This document shows positions 49,848 to 59,207 of a stretch of DNA of 64,000 bases, in pieces (position 1 is the stretch's first letter; each line of letters starts with the position of its first letter). Source of the DNA: Myxococcota bacterium. GTDB taxonomy: Bacteria > Myxococcota_A > Bradymonadia > UBA7976 > UBA1532. The translations under genes and the position numbers were made by a program. The stretch covers positions 1 through 64,000 of the forward strand of contig JAYZEG010000028.1 in the NCBI GenBank assembly GCA_036337435.1, written 5' to 3'. Under the pieces are notes generated by a model that had not been told where the DNA came from, made no database searches, and saw only the letters and a list, made by a program, of their open reading frames with translations.

Positions 49848-51736
49848 TCGCCTCGGCGACGCGTTCCGTGCAGATAATCTGGGCTGACTGTGCCTCTGTT
49901 CCGTGACAGACGGCAGTCGTTGTCAGTGACTGGTCTAGACGGACCTGTCTTCGTCCATCTACTCACCGAGCAAACCCTGACCTGTCGACCACTTTGCATC
50001 ACGTAGTGGCCATCGCCTGCGTCGTCTTGCAAGCAACCGACAGTGGGTTTCGACCGCTGACCTACACATGCCCCGTTTCTATATTCCATGGGCACGGCGG
50101 GGCGTGTAGAGGCGTGCCATTGTCTGAGCGTTACCTCGAGTTTGTCACCCTTGTTGAGCAGACAATGGTCCCATTCAGTCAGGGGCAGCCAGATCGAGTC
50201 CATAAGACCGGGCTCTGCAACAGTGCGACCTGAAAGCATGTGAGCTCCGATTAGCCTAAAAGACGTCCAACGATGTTGCGCGTTGTACATGCCTTTATCC
50301 CATCGTATTGGTGTCAAAGGACCGACGGGTGTGCGCAGTATGGAGTCCCTGTTTTTGTCAATTGGTCCATTGGTTGGTGCATCATCACCATCAGTGGACG
50401 TCTTGTTTAGGCGACCGAGCCAGAACCGTGCTTTGGAGGGGGACTCATCCCCGAGGCTCCTCGGTCGTCTGCTCCTACGACAATTGATGCATCCAGGACA
50501 TGCTCCGGCCTGCGCAGTCGAACTGAGAGTCGATATGGGGTCTCTTATGGACCCGCCGACGACGGTTTTGCTCAAATCTATATCTCGCCAACGGTCGTGC
50601 TGCAGTTGCCTTTCAGGTTTGTGTTTTGCAGGCGGCAAAAAGCCATCCATTTTTATACAGTTTCGATCATCGAATCGTTTTTTCCGTATGGGCTTGGTCG
50701 TACCGCGCAATGGTCGTCCAAGCGATGAACAATCGTTCCTTAGATTCGCTCCTGGGTGTTCGTTTATACCGCTCGAGCTCACTCCTGCTTTAAACCTGCC
50801 CCGATAAACGTCAAACGGGGTCTTAAACCGTCTAAATTGAGATGGGAGCCGGCTCATATGGAGTGGTCCTGGTTTGAAGTCTTCCGACAAACGTCCCTTG
50901 GTCAATGGTTTTACTGGAGGGGGCTCGTTTCCCAGCGTCCCTGCAGGCGTCCACAAGTGCAGGTTTTCCGCACTCTTTGCTGTGACATGACCAGCGCGAA
51001 TGATGGCTCCATCTCTTTGATCTTGCTCCGGGAGTCCGTTTGTAGCTCGGTTACCAGAGCCTGTTTTCCCTGCCGTGAGCAACCGAGGTTGTCGTTCGCA
51101 TCCTTGTCTGAAGTTCGCTAGGGGTTGACTGCTCGCACAATCGCCGAGACCAATTGCGTTGGCCGCGACCCCAAATACATCTGTCACTGCTCCCTGGTTA
51201 TCCTTGTTGTTGAAGACATCAAGGCACTTGCCAGTACGAGAATCAGAGTTTTCGATACAGAGTTGGCTTCCATAGAAACCCTGCTCGGGTATGGTCGACT
51301 CGCGGAGCTCCGTTCGGTCTAACTCCTTGACAGAGGGTTGGACCGAGTTCGTCAAAACTGGTGGTCCATAAACGCCCTCTCGTTTTCTCCAAAGCCTGAG
51401 CTTATTACCTGCTGAGTACGGTGATACCTCGATATTGAAAAGTGAATTGGACAGTTGGTTCTCATCTTTGTTGTGAGCCGATAATCGTGTCCGCTTCAAG
51501 TATGTGTAACCAGCAACAGCTTTGCCGGTAAGCTCCGCTGGGCGATCGGCACGATGACTGCTGCTGAATGCCAACCTTCCTGTGATCGAGTGTTCCGATG
51601 ACACGAAGTGAGCAGTCGAGTAAAGTGGCTCCTCGATGCTTAAATCAAGGGCCTTTAACTCAAACTTGAGCTGGCTTGATTTTTCCTGTTGTCGTTTCAT
51701 CTTATCTAAACACTCTTCTATTGTTCGGTCACTCAT
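49814..51736 (-). CDS. ORFan (640 aa)
   Basis: 640 codons without a stop; same strand as the flagellins; no recognisable domain. Confidence 0.6.
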   Translation of the reverse strand: MSDRTIEECLDKMKRQQEKSSQLKFELKALDLSIEEPLYSTAHFVSSEHSITGRLAFSSSHRADRPAELTGKAVAGYTYLKRTRLSAHNKDENQLSNSLFNIEVSPYSAGNKLRLWRKREGVYGPPVLTNSVQPSVKELDRTELRESTIPEQGFYGSQLCIENSDSRTGKCLDVFNNKDNQGAVTDVFGVAANAIGLGDCASSQPLANFRQGCERQPRLLTAGKTGSGNRATNGLPEQDQRDGAIIRAGHVTAKSAENLHLWTPAGTLGNEPPPVKPLTKGRLSEDFKPGPLHMSRLPSQFRRFKTPFDVYRGRFKAGVSSSGINEHPGANLRNDCSSLGRPLRGTTKPIRKKRFDDRNCIKMDGFLPPAKHKPERQLQHDRWRDIDLSKTVVGGSIRDPISTLSSTAQAGACPGCINCRRSRRPRSLGDESPSKARFWLGRLNKTSTDGDDAPTNGPIDKNRDSILRTPVGPLTPIRWDKGMYNAQHRWTSFRLIGAHMLSGRTVAEPGLMDSIWLPLTEWDHCLLNKGDKLEVTLRQWHASTRPAVPMEYRNGACVGQRSKPTVGCLQDDAGDGHYVMQSGRQVRVCSVSRWTKTGPSRPVTDNDCRLSRNRGTVSPDYLHGTRRRGEWNSVNRSSAP

Positions 51737-52005
51737 CCGAGCGACCCCGTCTATACAAAGTTGTTCTTACGTTTGGACCGTTGTTTCCGACTCTTCGACC
51801 TGCCCATGGCGTGCGATAGCGAGCGTTTTTTGACTCGCTATCCGCCACAAACTCCCAGGCGTTTCTATCTTTCTCCATCACAGAAGGAGGAGGGGAGTCG
51901 CTGCCTGGGCGTTTTTTCAGTCTCGTGTCTTCAAAGTGGTCATCCTTAACCGACCTACTCGGGACCGTCTCCACCCGCCCGGGACAGAGAGCAGTCCGTT
52001 ATAGG

Positions 52006-52041
52006 GTCTCAAGTAGCGTCTTCTAGAACGCCACCTGAGAC
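52006..52041 (-). other. Stable hairpin without a U-tail just after flagellin 5
   Basis: GUCUCAGGUGGCGU/ACGCUACUUGAGAC, with G-U pairs on the minus strand. Confidence 0.65.
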
Positions 52042-52055
52042 GTCTACCCGTCCTA

Positions 52056-53480
52056 TTAACCGAGTAGTGAGAGCGCTGCCTGGCCGGCTTGGTTCGCCTG
52101 CGCCAAGATTGATGTACCGGCCTGTTGAAGGACCGATGAACGGGCCATGTTCGCCGATTCAGATGCGAAGTCTGCATCGAGAATCCGGCTACGGCTCGCA
52201 GACGCGTTCTCTGTGATTGAGCTAAGGTTGTTGATTGTTGATTCGAGGCGATTCTGCATCGCACCGAGTTCGCCTCGTTGCGCAGAGATTTGCTCCAGAG
52301 AGCGATCGATGATCTCGATGGCTCTATTCGCCGTATCTCTGGTCAGAACGTCCACCGTTGCGACAGATGAGTTTACCGAGTTGACACCAACAATTTGCGG
52401 ATTGTTAAATCCGACGAAACCGAGATTGGCACCGTCAACCGTAAACGCAAGGTCGCTTTCTAGGTCGAGTGTCGCCGTTGTAACGTCGGTAGAAAGGCCT
52501 GTAATGAGTTGCGCATTAGCGTCAGATGCCGATACTTCAATGTTACGGCCATCGACGGCTGTCAGTACCAAACGAAAGTCAGTATCGACGGATGCGACGA
52601 CGCCCGTTGCTGCTGAATGGGCATTGATCTGAGCAGCGAGTTCACCGTTAGAATCGTCAGCCGTGACAGCAAAACCTGTGATGATTGTGCCGTTGATTGT
52701 CACGTAACTATTTTCATTCAACGTACCAGCGGTGACATCTCCATTATTGCTGACAACGGTTGCGTTGACACGTGCAGTGACACCGGTGTGTTGAGTCGCA
52801 TCATTGATAGCTGCAGCCTTTGCGATGGCAGACCCTGTTGCAAATGATGTTGACACTCTGTCGTCGGCACTTGTCGTTTGGCGAATGGTGATGTCGTTAA
52901 TGACGACACTACCACCGGCTTTGCTCAGCGCACTCGTAGCGACGGTTCCAGTCTGCACCAGTGCCGTTCGTCCTAACGCCGTTGCACGTGCATCACTGAT
53001 TGTAATGTCAACGCGCTCTCGGGCTGCAGCCCCCACGTGTACAAAGTTTTGAATGTAGTCCCCATTCAAAATCTTATGGGAGTTAAAGGTTGTTGTATCT
53101 CCGATTCGGTTGAGCTCTTGAATCAGCTGGTCAATTTCATCGTTGATAGAACGTCGGTCGGCGTTCGTGTTCACGTCATTCGCTGCTTGTACAGACAGCT
53201 CGCGCATCCGTTGAAGAATCGCTGTGCTCTCTTGCAAAGCACCTTCGGCAGTTTGAGCTAAACTCACACCGTCGTTGGCGTTTCGGATTGCCATGTTGAG
53301 ACCTCGAATTTGGCTTGTGAAGCGCGTCGAGATTGCGAGTCCAGCAGCATCGTCAGCTGCGGAGTTAATACGTAGCCCTGAAGAAAGGCGTTGGTAGGTC
53401 GTCTTCATACCCCGACTATTGGTGGTCAGGTTGCGTTGTGCGTTAAGTGAAGACGCATTGGTCATAACAAAAAGGCCCAT
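52056..53480 (-). CDS. fliC: Flagellin 5 (474 aa; start MGLFVMTN)
   Basis: Conserved flagellin termini; GGGAG SD. Confidence 0.98.
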   Translation of the reverse strand: MGLFVMTNASSLNAQRNLTTNSRGMKTTYQRLSSGLRINSAADDAAGLAISTRFTSQIRGLNMAIRNANDGVSLAQTAEGALQESTAILQRMRELSVQAANDVNTNADRRSINDEIDQLIQELNRIGDTTTFNSHKILNGDYIQNFVHVGAAARERVDITISDARATALGRTALVQTGTVATSALSKAGGSVVINDITIRQTTSADDRVSTSFATGSAIAKAAAINDATQHTGVTARVNATVVSNNGDVTAGTLNENSYVTINGTIITGFAVTADDSNGELAAQINAHSAATGVVASVDTDFRLVLTAVDGRNIEVSASDANAQLITGLSTDVTTATLDLESDLAFTVDGANLGFVGFNNPQIVGVNSVNSSVATVDVLTRDTANRAIEIIDRSLEQISAQRGELGAMQNRLESTINNLSSITENASASRSRILDADFASESANMARSSVLQQAGTSILAQANQAGQAALSLLG

Positions 53481-53484
53481 AATC

Positions 53485-53543
53485 ATCTCTCCCTGAGATT
53501 CACTGCGGTGCCATCGTGGCTGTGCAGGTCGGCATCCATGCCG
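53485..53543 (-). promoter_or_regulatory. Paired CsrA-binding hairpins in the flagellin 5 leader
   Basis: CGGCA-UGGA-UGCCG and AUCUC-AGGGA-GAGAU (SD). Confidence 0.75.
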
Positions 53544-53674
53544 TAGTTGCTTTTTGGTAGGAACGACGTGGGCTATCTGCCTCACTCATCACCTTGATGA
53601 ATCAGGCTCCCGTTTAAGCACCCCTTTCTCGCCTTCGAGAGTGAGTGCCGAGTCGCTCCTGGCGTTCACCCAAG

Positions 53675-53701
53675 ACATCGGATCGCATCTGCTCGACTTA
53701 A
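53675..53701 (-). promoter_or_regulatory. Sigma28 promoter of flagellin 5
   Basis: TTAA-N15-TCCGATGT. Confidence 0.8.
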
Positions 53702-54314
53702 GCTATTTTCTCTTATTCAGTAAAGGATGGTAATCATTGTTTTTAAACAGTAAATATATCATGTATTCCATAATGTTATGCGTTTTTAATGATGTAATAT
53801 TTACGGTTTTTTTTTACTTTTAATTATGCCAATAACTCGATTGTTAAGACAGTATTGAATTAAAGGTGATATTTAATGAATATAAATGAGTTTTTAATGA
53901 CTAGTTAATAATTAAGTTCGATAATTTTATGTAATTTTTTAGGAATAATATTTCTTGTAAGTACACATGGTTTTGTTCCATTAAACTGCGCATTGATAAT
54001 TTGTTGTGACCGCGCTGTTTTGGATGCGCTGCCAAAGTGGACGGGAGTTAGGTCGCCATCAATTGGAATGCGTCATTGTTTCAGATAGGTTGAGGGTATG
54101 ACCTCGGAGCCTGCGGCGTGTTTAATCTCTATTTTGGAGCGAGTGTTCGCCGGGTCATTTGTAGGAAACCTCGGGTCGGATGCTTTGTTGACATACTTTT
54201 GTCTGTTACGTCGTGTCGACAACGTGTCAAGGTTCCAGACAGTTCGCGTCATCTCCCTGACGATTTGGCAGAAAAACACCGGAAAAAGCGGCTGTCAGAC
54301 GCTGTCGAAAAAGT

Positions 54315-54330
54315 TGGCACACTGCTTGAA
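54315..54330 (+). promoter_or_regulatory. Possible sigma54 promoter of the GGDEF gene
   Basis: TGGCAC-N5-TTGAA (-12 GA instead of GC). Confidence 0.4.
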
Positions 54331-54367
54331 TAGGTGTTGGGTTGCACAGATGCAAGGGAGATTGCCA

Positions 54368-55378
54368 ATGCGCCATAACGCGATTAGTAGCGATGAATTT
54401 GAAGATTTACAGCGCAAAGTTGCTTGCGCTGAAGCGTGTGCGGACCCGATCAATTTCGATCAAATGTTAAATCGGGTTTGTTCTTTATTAAATAAATGGG
54501 CTCAAGCCGATGTTGTGACCCTCATTCTTCCACCGGAAGAAGAGGGACTAGAGCCAATGTTACATGTCTTTGGGCAGCAGCCGCTTTTGCCGATTTCTGA
54601 ACGGAGTGTACGCGACGATTGCGCCTCACTGCTCACGAGTCTCGAATATGCTGAGCTTCCAGGCGAGGCATTGAGATTGAGACGCGGTGCAGAATTGACT
54701 CCGATTAACGGTGTTCTGAGAGACGATTACATGTATCGCTTCTGGTGGCATGAAATGAAGCTCGATGGACAGACGGTTGGAATTGTTGCCCTGTATGGTT
54801 TTGTGGACTGGGTTTTATCGCCTCGAGTGAGGCGCCTGCTCGCCAGCCTGATGCCAATGTTAGCAGCCGGCATAAATAATGCGGCTGCCATCGAAAATCT
54901 CAGGATGCAATCAGATCGCGACGAAATGACGGGCCTGATTAATCAACGAGGGGTGTTCGACCAGCTTGACCGAGAATGTAATCGAGCATTTTCGACGGAA
55001 CGCGAACTTGCCGTACTCTTGTGCGAGATCGAAGATTTCGACGCTTTCGCTGGTACTGTTGAGGGTGCAGGAGCCCTACAGACATTCTCAGAGCTGGCAC
55101 TCAGCTTGGACAGAGGATTCGATATCGTGGGACGCATTGCGACAAATGAGTTTGTCTTCATTCTACCCGAGATCGAACCAATTGATGCCCTCAAGCTGGT
55201 GGACTCAATTACGACAAATGCAACACAGATCACGCTTGGTGGTCGACCGCTGTCCGTGTCTATTGGACACGCTCAGTATGAAGCAGGCATGTCGTCAGAC
55301 ACTTTGCTTCATAATGCCGATGAGGCACTGTTTGAAGTTCGGCGTCGGCGCGCTTTGAGCCAAAGTAGTGTCGGCTAG
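54368..55378 (+). CDS. GAF-like plus degenerate GGDEF domain protein
   Basis: DEMTGLINQR, RGFD-IVGRI-ATNEF, SVSIG, ADEALF; GGGAG SD before ATG 54368. Confidence 0.85.
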   Translation: MRHNAISSDEFEDLQRKVACAEACADPINFDQMLNRVCSLLNKWAQADVVTLILPPEEEGLEPMLHVFGQQPLLPISERSVRDDCASLLTSLEYAELPGEALRLRRGAELTPINGVLRDDYMYRFWWHEMKLDGQTVGIVALYGFVDWVLSPRVRRLLASLMPMLAAGINNAAAIENLRMQSDRDEMTGLINQRGVFDQLDRECNRAFSTERELAVLLCEIEDFDAFAGTVEGAGALQTFSELALSLDRGFDIVGRIATNEFVFILPEIEPIDALKLVDSITTNATQITLGGRPLSVSIGHAQYEAGMSSDTLLHNADEALFEVRRRRALSQSSVG

Positions 55379-55412
55379 TCAGTTTATAGGCCGACAGCAG
55401 GTACCTTGAGCC

Positions 55413-55438
55413 CGCAGGCATTCAATCAAATGCCTGCG
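55413..55438. terminator. Hairpin between convergent genes
   Basis: CGCAGGCATT/AATGCCTGCG. Confidence 0.55.
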
Positions 55439-55442
55439 AGGC

Positions 55443-55724
55443 CTAGCGCCGCTGCAGCTCTAACTCTTCTGCGTTTTCTGTCTGCGGTGCCTCGCTGCTT
55501 TGTTGGCATCGGTTTTCAGTACAGCTATACCCGACCTCGCAGTCCTTATGGCTGCGACAAACCAACGCCTCACATCGCTTGCTTGCAACGTTGCAAATGA
55601 GTGTGCCTGGACAATCGTAGTCCTCTTCACACTCACCGCACCCATGAGTAGACAGGCAGGCAATGAGCAAAATAGCCCTCCAAAACCCGCTCGGCAGTTT
55701 ATTTTCGGGTGCTATTGACACCAA
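55443..55724 (-). CDS. Small Cys-rich lipoprotein
   Basis: Signal peptide with HGC; two C-x4-C-x5-C-xn-C modules. Confidence 0.7.
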   Translation of the reverse strand: MVSIAPENKLPSGFWRAILLIACLSTHGCGECEEDYDCPGTLICNVASKRCEALVCRSHKDCEVGYSCTENRCQQSSEAPQTENAEELELQRR

Positions 55725-55914
55725 AGTCTCCAGAGAATTTTCACCGACTCGTCAGATTAATCAAGACTGTGCCTTGATTCTAAGGCAGAGGTCAAAATAG
55801 TATTTCGCAAACAGAACATGGAATACGCCGTGTCGTTATTTGTTATGGGATTGCCACATCGGTTTGTCCCATTAGTTGTTCGCGACAGCGAACTCAGCGA
55901 AAAGGAGCGCCAAG

Positions 55915-57360
55915 ATGCGCAAAATAGTGACTTCGACTGTTGTAATGGCAGCTTTCTTCATCTCCGGATGTGGGGAAGAAAGCAGCACAGGAGATGTGCG
56001 CCTGGACCAGCGGGTGATTGGTGGCGACAGTCAGACTGATGGCGGTGTCGCGAACGATGGGTCTGGTCCAGTTGGGCCGACGGAAAAGCAATTACGCCTA
56101 TCCTACATCAAGCAGGTTACGCCAAACGGGGGGGGAACGCCGCGTCTCGATTTAGTCGCGTATGATTTTGTTGACGACGAAGAAATAAACTTAACTGCTG
56201 GGCAAGGAGACGGTGGCGTCGATTGTGCAACCAGCTTATGTCGATTGAATTCAGACATGACGTGGGTCGGCTGGATCGGCACGGGCGGCTCCTTGAAGGT
56301 TGCCCCCGTGGATATTGGACAGAAGAGGATTCGAATTGAAGAAACGCGCGTTGTGGCCGAACGACTGGCACGTAATTTCGAATTCACAGAGTACGTACCT
56401 AATCCGGACACACCGGATGTCGGGGTGATCCCGCAGATTGTCTATAGCCAGGGGCAACAAATGGGCGGCACCGGAACCATCGATGTCTACACGGAGCCGG
56501 TCGCAGGCTACGATGAAGCCAACTGCGGTGACGCAAGTCCTAACTGTAAAAATTTAGCCGGAGTGATCACAACCAATGGCGGCTTTCGGGTTACATCTGA
56601 AGGGTCGTTGATCATCTTAATTGAAACCACTCTGTCGACGATGACACTTAAGTTCTTTAATATCGGTACGACCGCTCAACAAACCCTCTACACCTTTGGA
56701 GAGCAGAACCAGACTGGGTCACAATTCTCGGGTCGTCTTCCCATCGGGCTCTCTCCTGATGCGGGTTATTTAGCCGTGTTTACAAACGATTCATTCTTAT
56801 GGCGCCTCAACACATTACAGGCAGTCCCATCGCCTCCACCTCCGCAGGCAATCTCCCTGTTTGAGGGAGAAACCCATCCGGATGGTGACTGTCGCAGAAT
56901 GGGTAACCTGGCGTTCAATGAGGTGCGCTTTAACCCTGTTTTTTCTTCCGATTCAGAATGGATCTATTTTCTCGCCCACGGGCCTTGCAGCCGCCGCGGC
57001 GATCCGCCAACCAATCGCGACGATTATGACATTCTGAGAGTCAATCGATTACTGGAGGGTGATGTAGAGAATGTGACGAATAATCTCAGGGCGAGTCACT
57101 GGAGCAACCATAACATCGGTGACTTTGCGCTTTCCAAAGATGGAACAAAAATCGCATTTACCGCAGAGAGAATGAACAATGTGGGCAGTAAGGCGATTTG
57201 GGTCATCGACCCAGAAACAGGTGCTTACGATTGTACTCGGAAGGACCCGTTACCTGTGCTTGACGGCCGCGAACGATGCGAATTTATCTCGGATGACAGC
57301 ACGGGTGCTGATGCCACCTACCGCGACCTGAGGTTTCACATTGTCGACGTTCCTCGCTAA
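55915..57360 (+). CDS. Lipoprotein with TolB/PD40-like beta-propeller
   Basis: ISGC lipobox; LSPDAGYLA, PVFSSDSEWIYF, LSKDGTKIAF; AAGGAG SD. Confidence 0.75.
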   Translation: MRKIVTSTVVMAAFFISGCGEESSTGDVRLDQRVIGGDSQTDGGVANDGSGPVGPTEKQLRLSYIKQVTPNGGGTPRLDLVAYDFVDDEEINLTAGQGDGGVDCATSLCRLNSDMTWVGWIGTGGSLKVAPVDIGQKRIRIEETRVVAERLARNFEFTEYVPNPDTPDVGVIPQIVYSQGQQMGGTGTIDVYTEPVAGYDEANCGDASPNCKNLAGVITTNGGFRVTSEGSLIILIETTLSTMTLKFFNIGTTAQQTLYTFGEQNQTGSQFSGRLPIGLSPDAGYLAVFTNDSFLWRLNTLQAVPSPPPPQAISLFEGETHPDGDCRRMGNLAFNEVRFNPVFSSDSEWIYFLAHGPCSRRGDPPTNRDDYDILRVNRLLEGDVENVTNNLRASHWSNHNIGDFALSKDGTKIAFTAERMNNVGSKAIWVIDPETGAYDCTRKDPLPVLDGRERCEFISDDSTGADATYRDLRFHIVDVPR

Positions 57361-57383
57361 TACGCGGGAATGTACTGCAAACG

Positions 57384-57437
57384 GACTGCTCCCGAGGTCC
57401 GACTCAATCGAAATTGGTTGGTCGGGCGGGTGCAGTC
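57384..57437. terminator. Long imperfect hairpin between convergent genes
   Basis: GACTGC.CCCG...CCGAC / GTCGG.CGGG.GCAGTC. Confidence 0.5.
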
Positions 57438-57464
57438 TGGTGCAATCGATATCCGAAAGTTTGA

Positions 57465-57644
57465 CTAGCCGTCTGGTAAGTCGTTGATCGATGGATATTT
57501 TTTAATTTCACTGCGAGCAATTTTCCACGCTTTTTGCACAATCCAAGACAAGGATCGGTCTTGCCGTGCAGCTTCAGCTTGGATTTCCTTGAGCATATCC
57601 TCAGGGAAATAAAGACTCTGTTTTCTTTTATCAGAACCGGACAT
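57465..57644 (-). CDS. TIGR04563 (MXAN_4361/4362 family) small protein, 59 aa, absent from the ORF track
   Basis: MSGSDKRKQSLYFPEDMLKEIQAEAARQDRSLSWIVQKAWKIARSEIKKYPSINDLPDG; GGGGAG SD. Confidence 0.9.
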   Translation of the reverse strand: MSGSDKRKQSLYFPEDMLKEIQAEAARQDRSLSWIVQKAWKIARSEIKKYPSINDLPDG

Positions 57645-57789
57645 TTACCTACTCCCCAAAATCTAGGGTCCGCTTATGATTGTCTGCGTGTATCGCAAAG
57701 TGTCAAGTTTGGTTACGATTACCTACTTAGACGCATGTTGTGTACAGAGGTCTTACCTGTTGAATTTACTGGTTTTTTTAGTCTTTTTT

Positions 57790-59148
57790 TTAGTTTTTTG
57801 GTGGGGGCCCACTCGAGGGCTTTAAAGTCGGTATAGGTCGCTTTGGCAAGGTTTCTTTAAATGTTCGTATGAGGCCTTTTCCCGGTTTGCCCAACTTGAT
57901 GGTGCGTTTTTTCTCGCCAAATTTAATGGTGCCAAAGGCGTTCAATTCATGAAAATCGGGTACGATGGGCGGTGAAAACGAAGCAGCACTTTGGCGCTTC
58001 TGTGTTTTTGGCCAGTCGAAGCGAAATAGATTTACTTTCCACTCATGCCCAGCAGCGATGGGATGCTTTGCACCGGGTACTTCGGATGCAGGAATCACCA
58101 TTTCGACCGTCCAAGCATTATCTTTATCGTCTCGTTGATTGAGCGTCCCGTCGACGTGGACAGCCGTCTTGAATCCCTCCATATTCCAGGCTCTTGCTGG
58201 TCCGAGCGGACTCCGGTGACGCGTAAATTTTGCGTCGAATACAACGTTTGCAGGCGTGACTTGGAGCTCGAGGTAATCTTTTTTGTCGCCATCCGCATCA
58301 ATAAACAATTCGATGACCTCTTGTTCCCATGTATTGGAATCCCGTTTGGTAAGCGTCCCCCAGACATCGTCATCGATGCTTTCTACAGCGACGTAAAGGT
58401 TGTCTTTATCCCACGCAAACTTGGCTCGAGTTTTGGGGGCTCCAATCTTTTTTCCACTTGGATGTCGCCACCAAGCCGTCCAACGAGCTCGTTTCCAAAC
58501 AGGTTCCTCGAGCTTGCCATCAAGGCGAATGCCTTCTACATCCGACATTTTTGCAGCCCTTGCCACAGGTTTAGGCTTTGGTTTGGCCCCGATCACGCTC
58601 AGTTCTGCGACGATAACACGGCCTTCACGATCTTGTTTAGCCGACCCGATGCTTGACACCTTCAGTCTATGATTTCCACGAAATAGTCCCCAATAGATAG
58701 AGGCTTTACCCGATGGGAAGCCTGCCTTTACAACAACCTTTTGGATATCCTTTACGACTTGACCCTTTTTTAGCTTTCTTAAGGGCAGCAAGCCTTCGAT
58801 GGGGTGATGGTCTAAGTTCATCCATGCGTTTCGATTGCCGCGCTTCCCTTGGAAGTGCACGAACATGTTGTTGTCGGCCATTTGGTCAGCCAGTGCTTCT
58901 AAATAATAGGTTACTGTGAAGCTCTCACCCACTTTAACGCTTGCTTTATCAAGGTCGTACCCGATCAGTTTAAGCTGGTCTTCAATGATGACATCTAAGC
59001 GATGCTGTGGATTGGGCGCGTCGACCAGTATGTGTTCATCCACCTTTTTCTGCTGGGCGGGTGTGAGGGCGAATTCTGCGTGTTCTTGACAGGAAATCGC
59101 ACACATAACGGTACATAAAAACATCAAAACTACATGCACATGCTTCAT
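57790..59148 (-). CDS. Carbohydrate-binding family 9-like (DOMON-like) exported protein or lipoprotein
   Basis: LDGKLEEPVW, WDKDNLYV, WEQEVIELFIDADGD...YLELQVTP.N...D, WTVEM.IP, W.VNLFR, DFH. Confidence 0.85.
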   Translation of the reverse strand: MKHVHVVLMFLCTVMCAISCQEHAEFALTPAQQKKVDEHILVDAPNPQHRLDVIIEDQLKLIGYDLDKASVKVGESFTVTYYLEALADQMADNNMFVHFQGKRGNRNAWMNLDHHPIEGLLPLRKLKKGQVVKDIQKVVVKAGFPSGKASIYWGLFRGNHRLKVSSIGSAKQDREGRVIVAELSVIGAKPKPKPVARAAKMSDVEGIRLDGKLEEPVWKRARWTAWWRHPSGKKIGAPKTRAKFAWDKDNLYVAVESIDDDVWGTLTKRDSNTWEQEVIELFIDADGDKKDYLELQVTPANVVFDAKFTRHRSPLGPARAWNMEGFKTAVHVDGTLNQRDDKDNAWTVEMVIPASEVPGAKHPIAAGHEWKVNLFRFDWPKTQKRQSAASFSPPIVPDFHELNAFGTIKFGEKKRTIKLGKPGKGLIRTFKETLPKRPIPTLKPSSGPPPKN

Positions 59149-59207
59149 CTTATATTTGCCTACTTTGGGTGTTCTTGGCGCCACTCTCGCTCAAAATGAG
59201 ATGCGCT

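Noticed and set aside
46266..51736. ORFans as TldR/TnpB RNA-guided flagellin repressors
   Set aside because: The context is suggestive (fliC, csrA, nearby structured RNA), but I see no RuvC-like motifs or paired CxxC zinc ribbon. I also found no guide-like match to flagellin promoters by eye. A profile search would be needed to exclude it fully.
51729..51974. 81-aa ORF as a confident gene
   Set aside because: Short, with a weak start, and lies in hairpin-rich sequence; kept only as part of the ORF-chain finding
53481..54367. N-terminal extensions of flagellin 5 and the GGDEF ORF (also flagellin 2, fliS and others)
   Set aside because: SD sequences, promoters and family N-termini support the downstream starts
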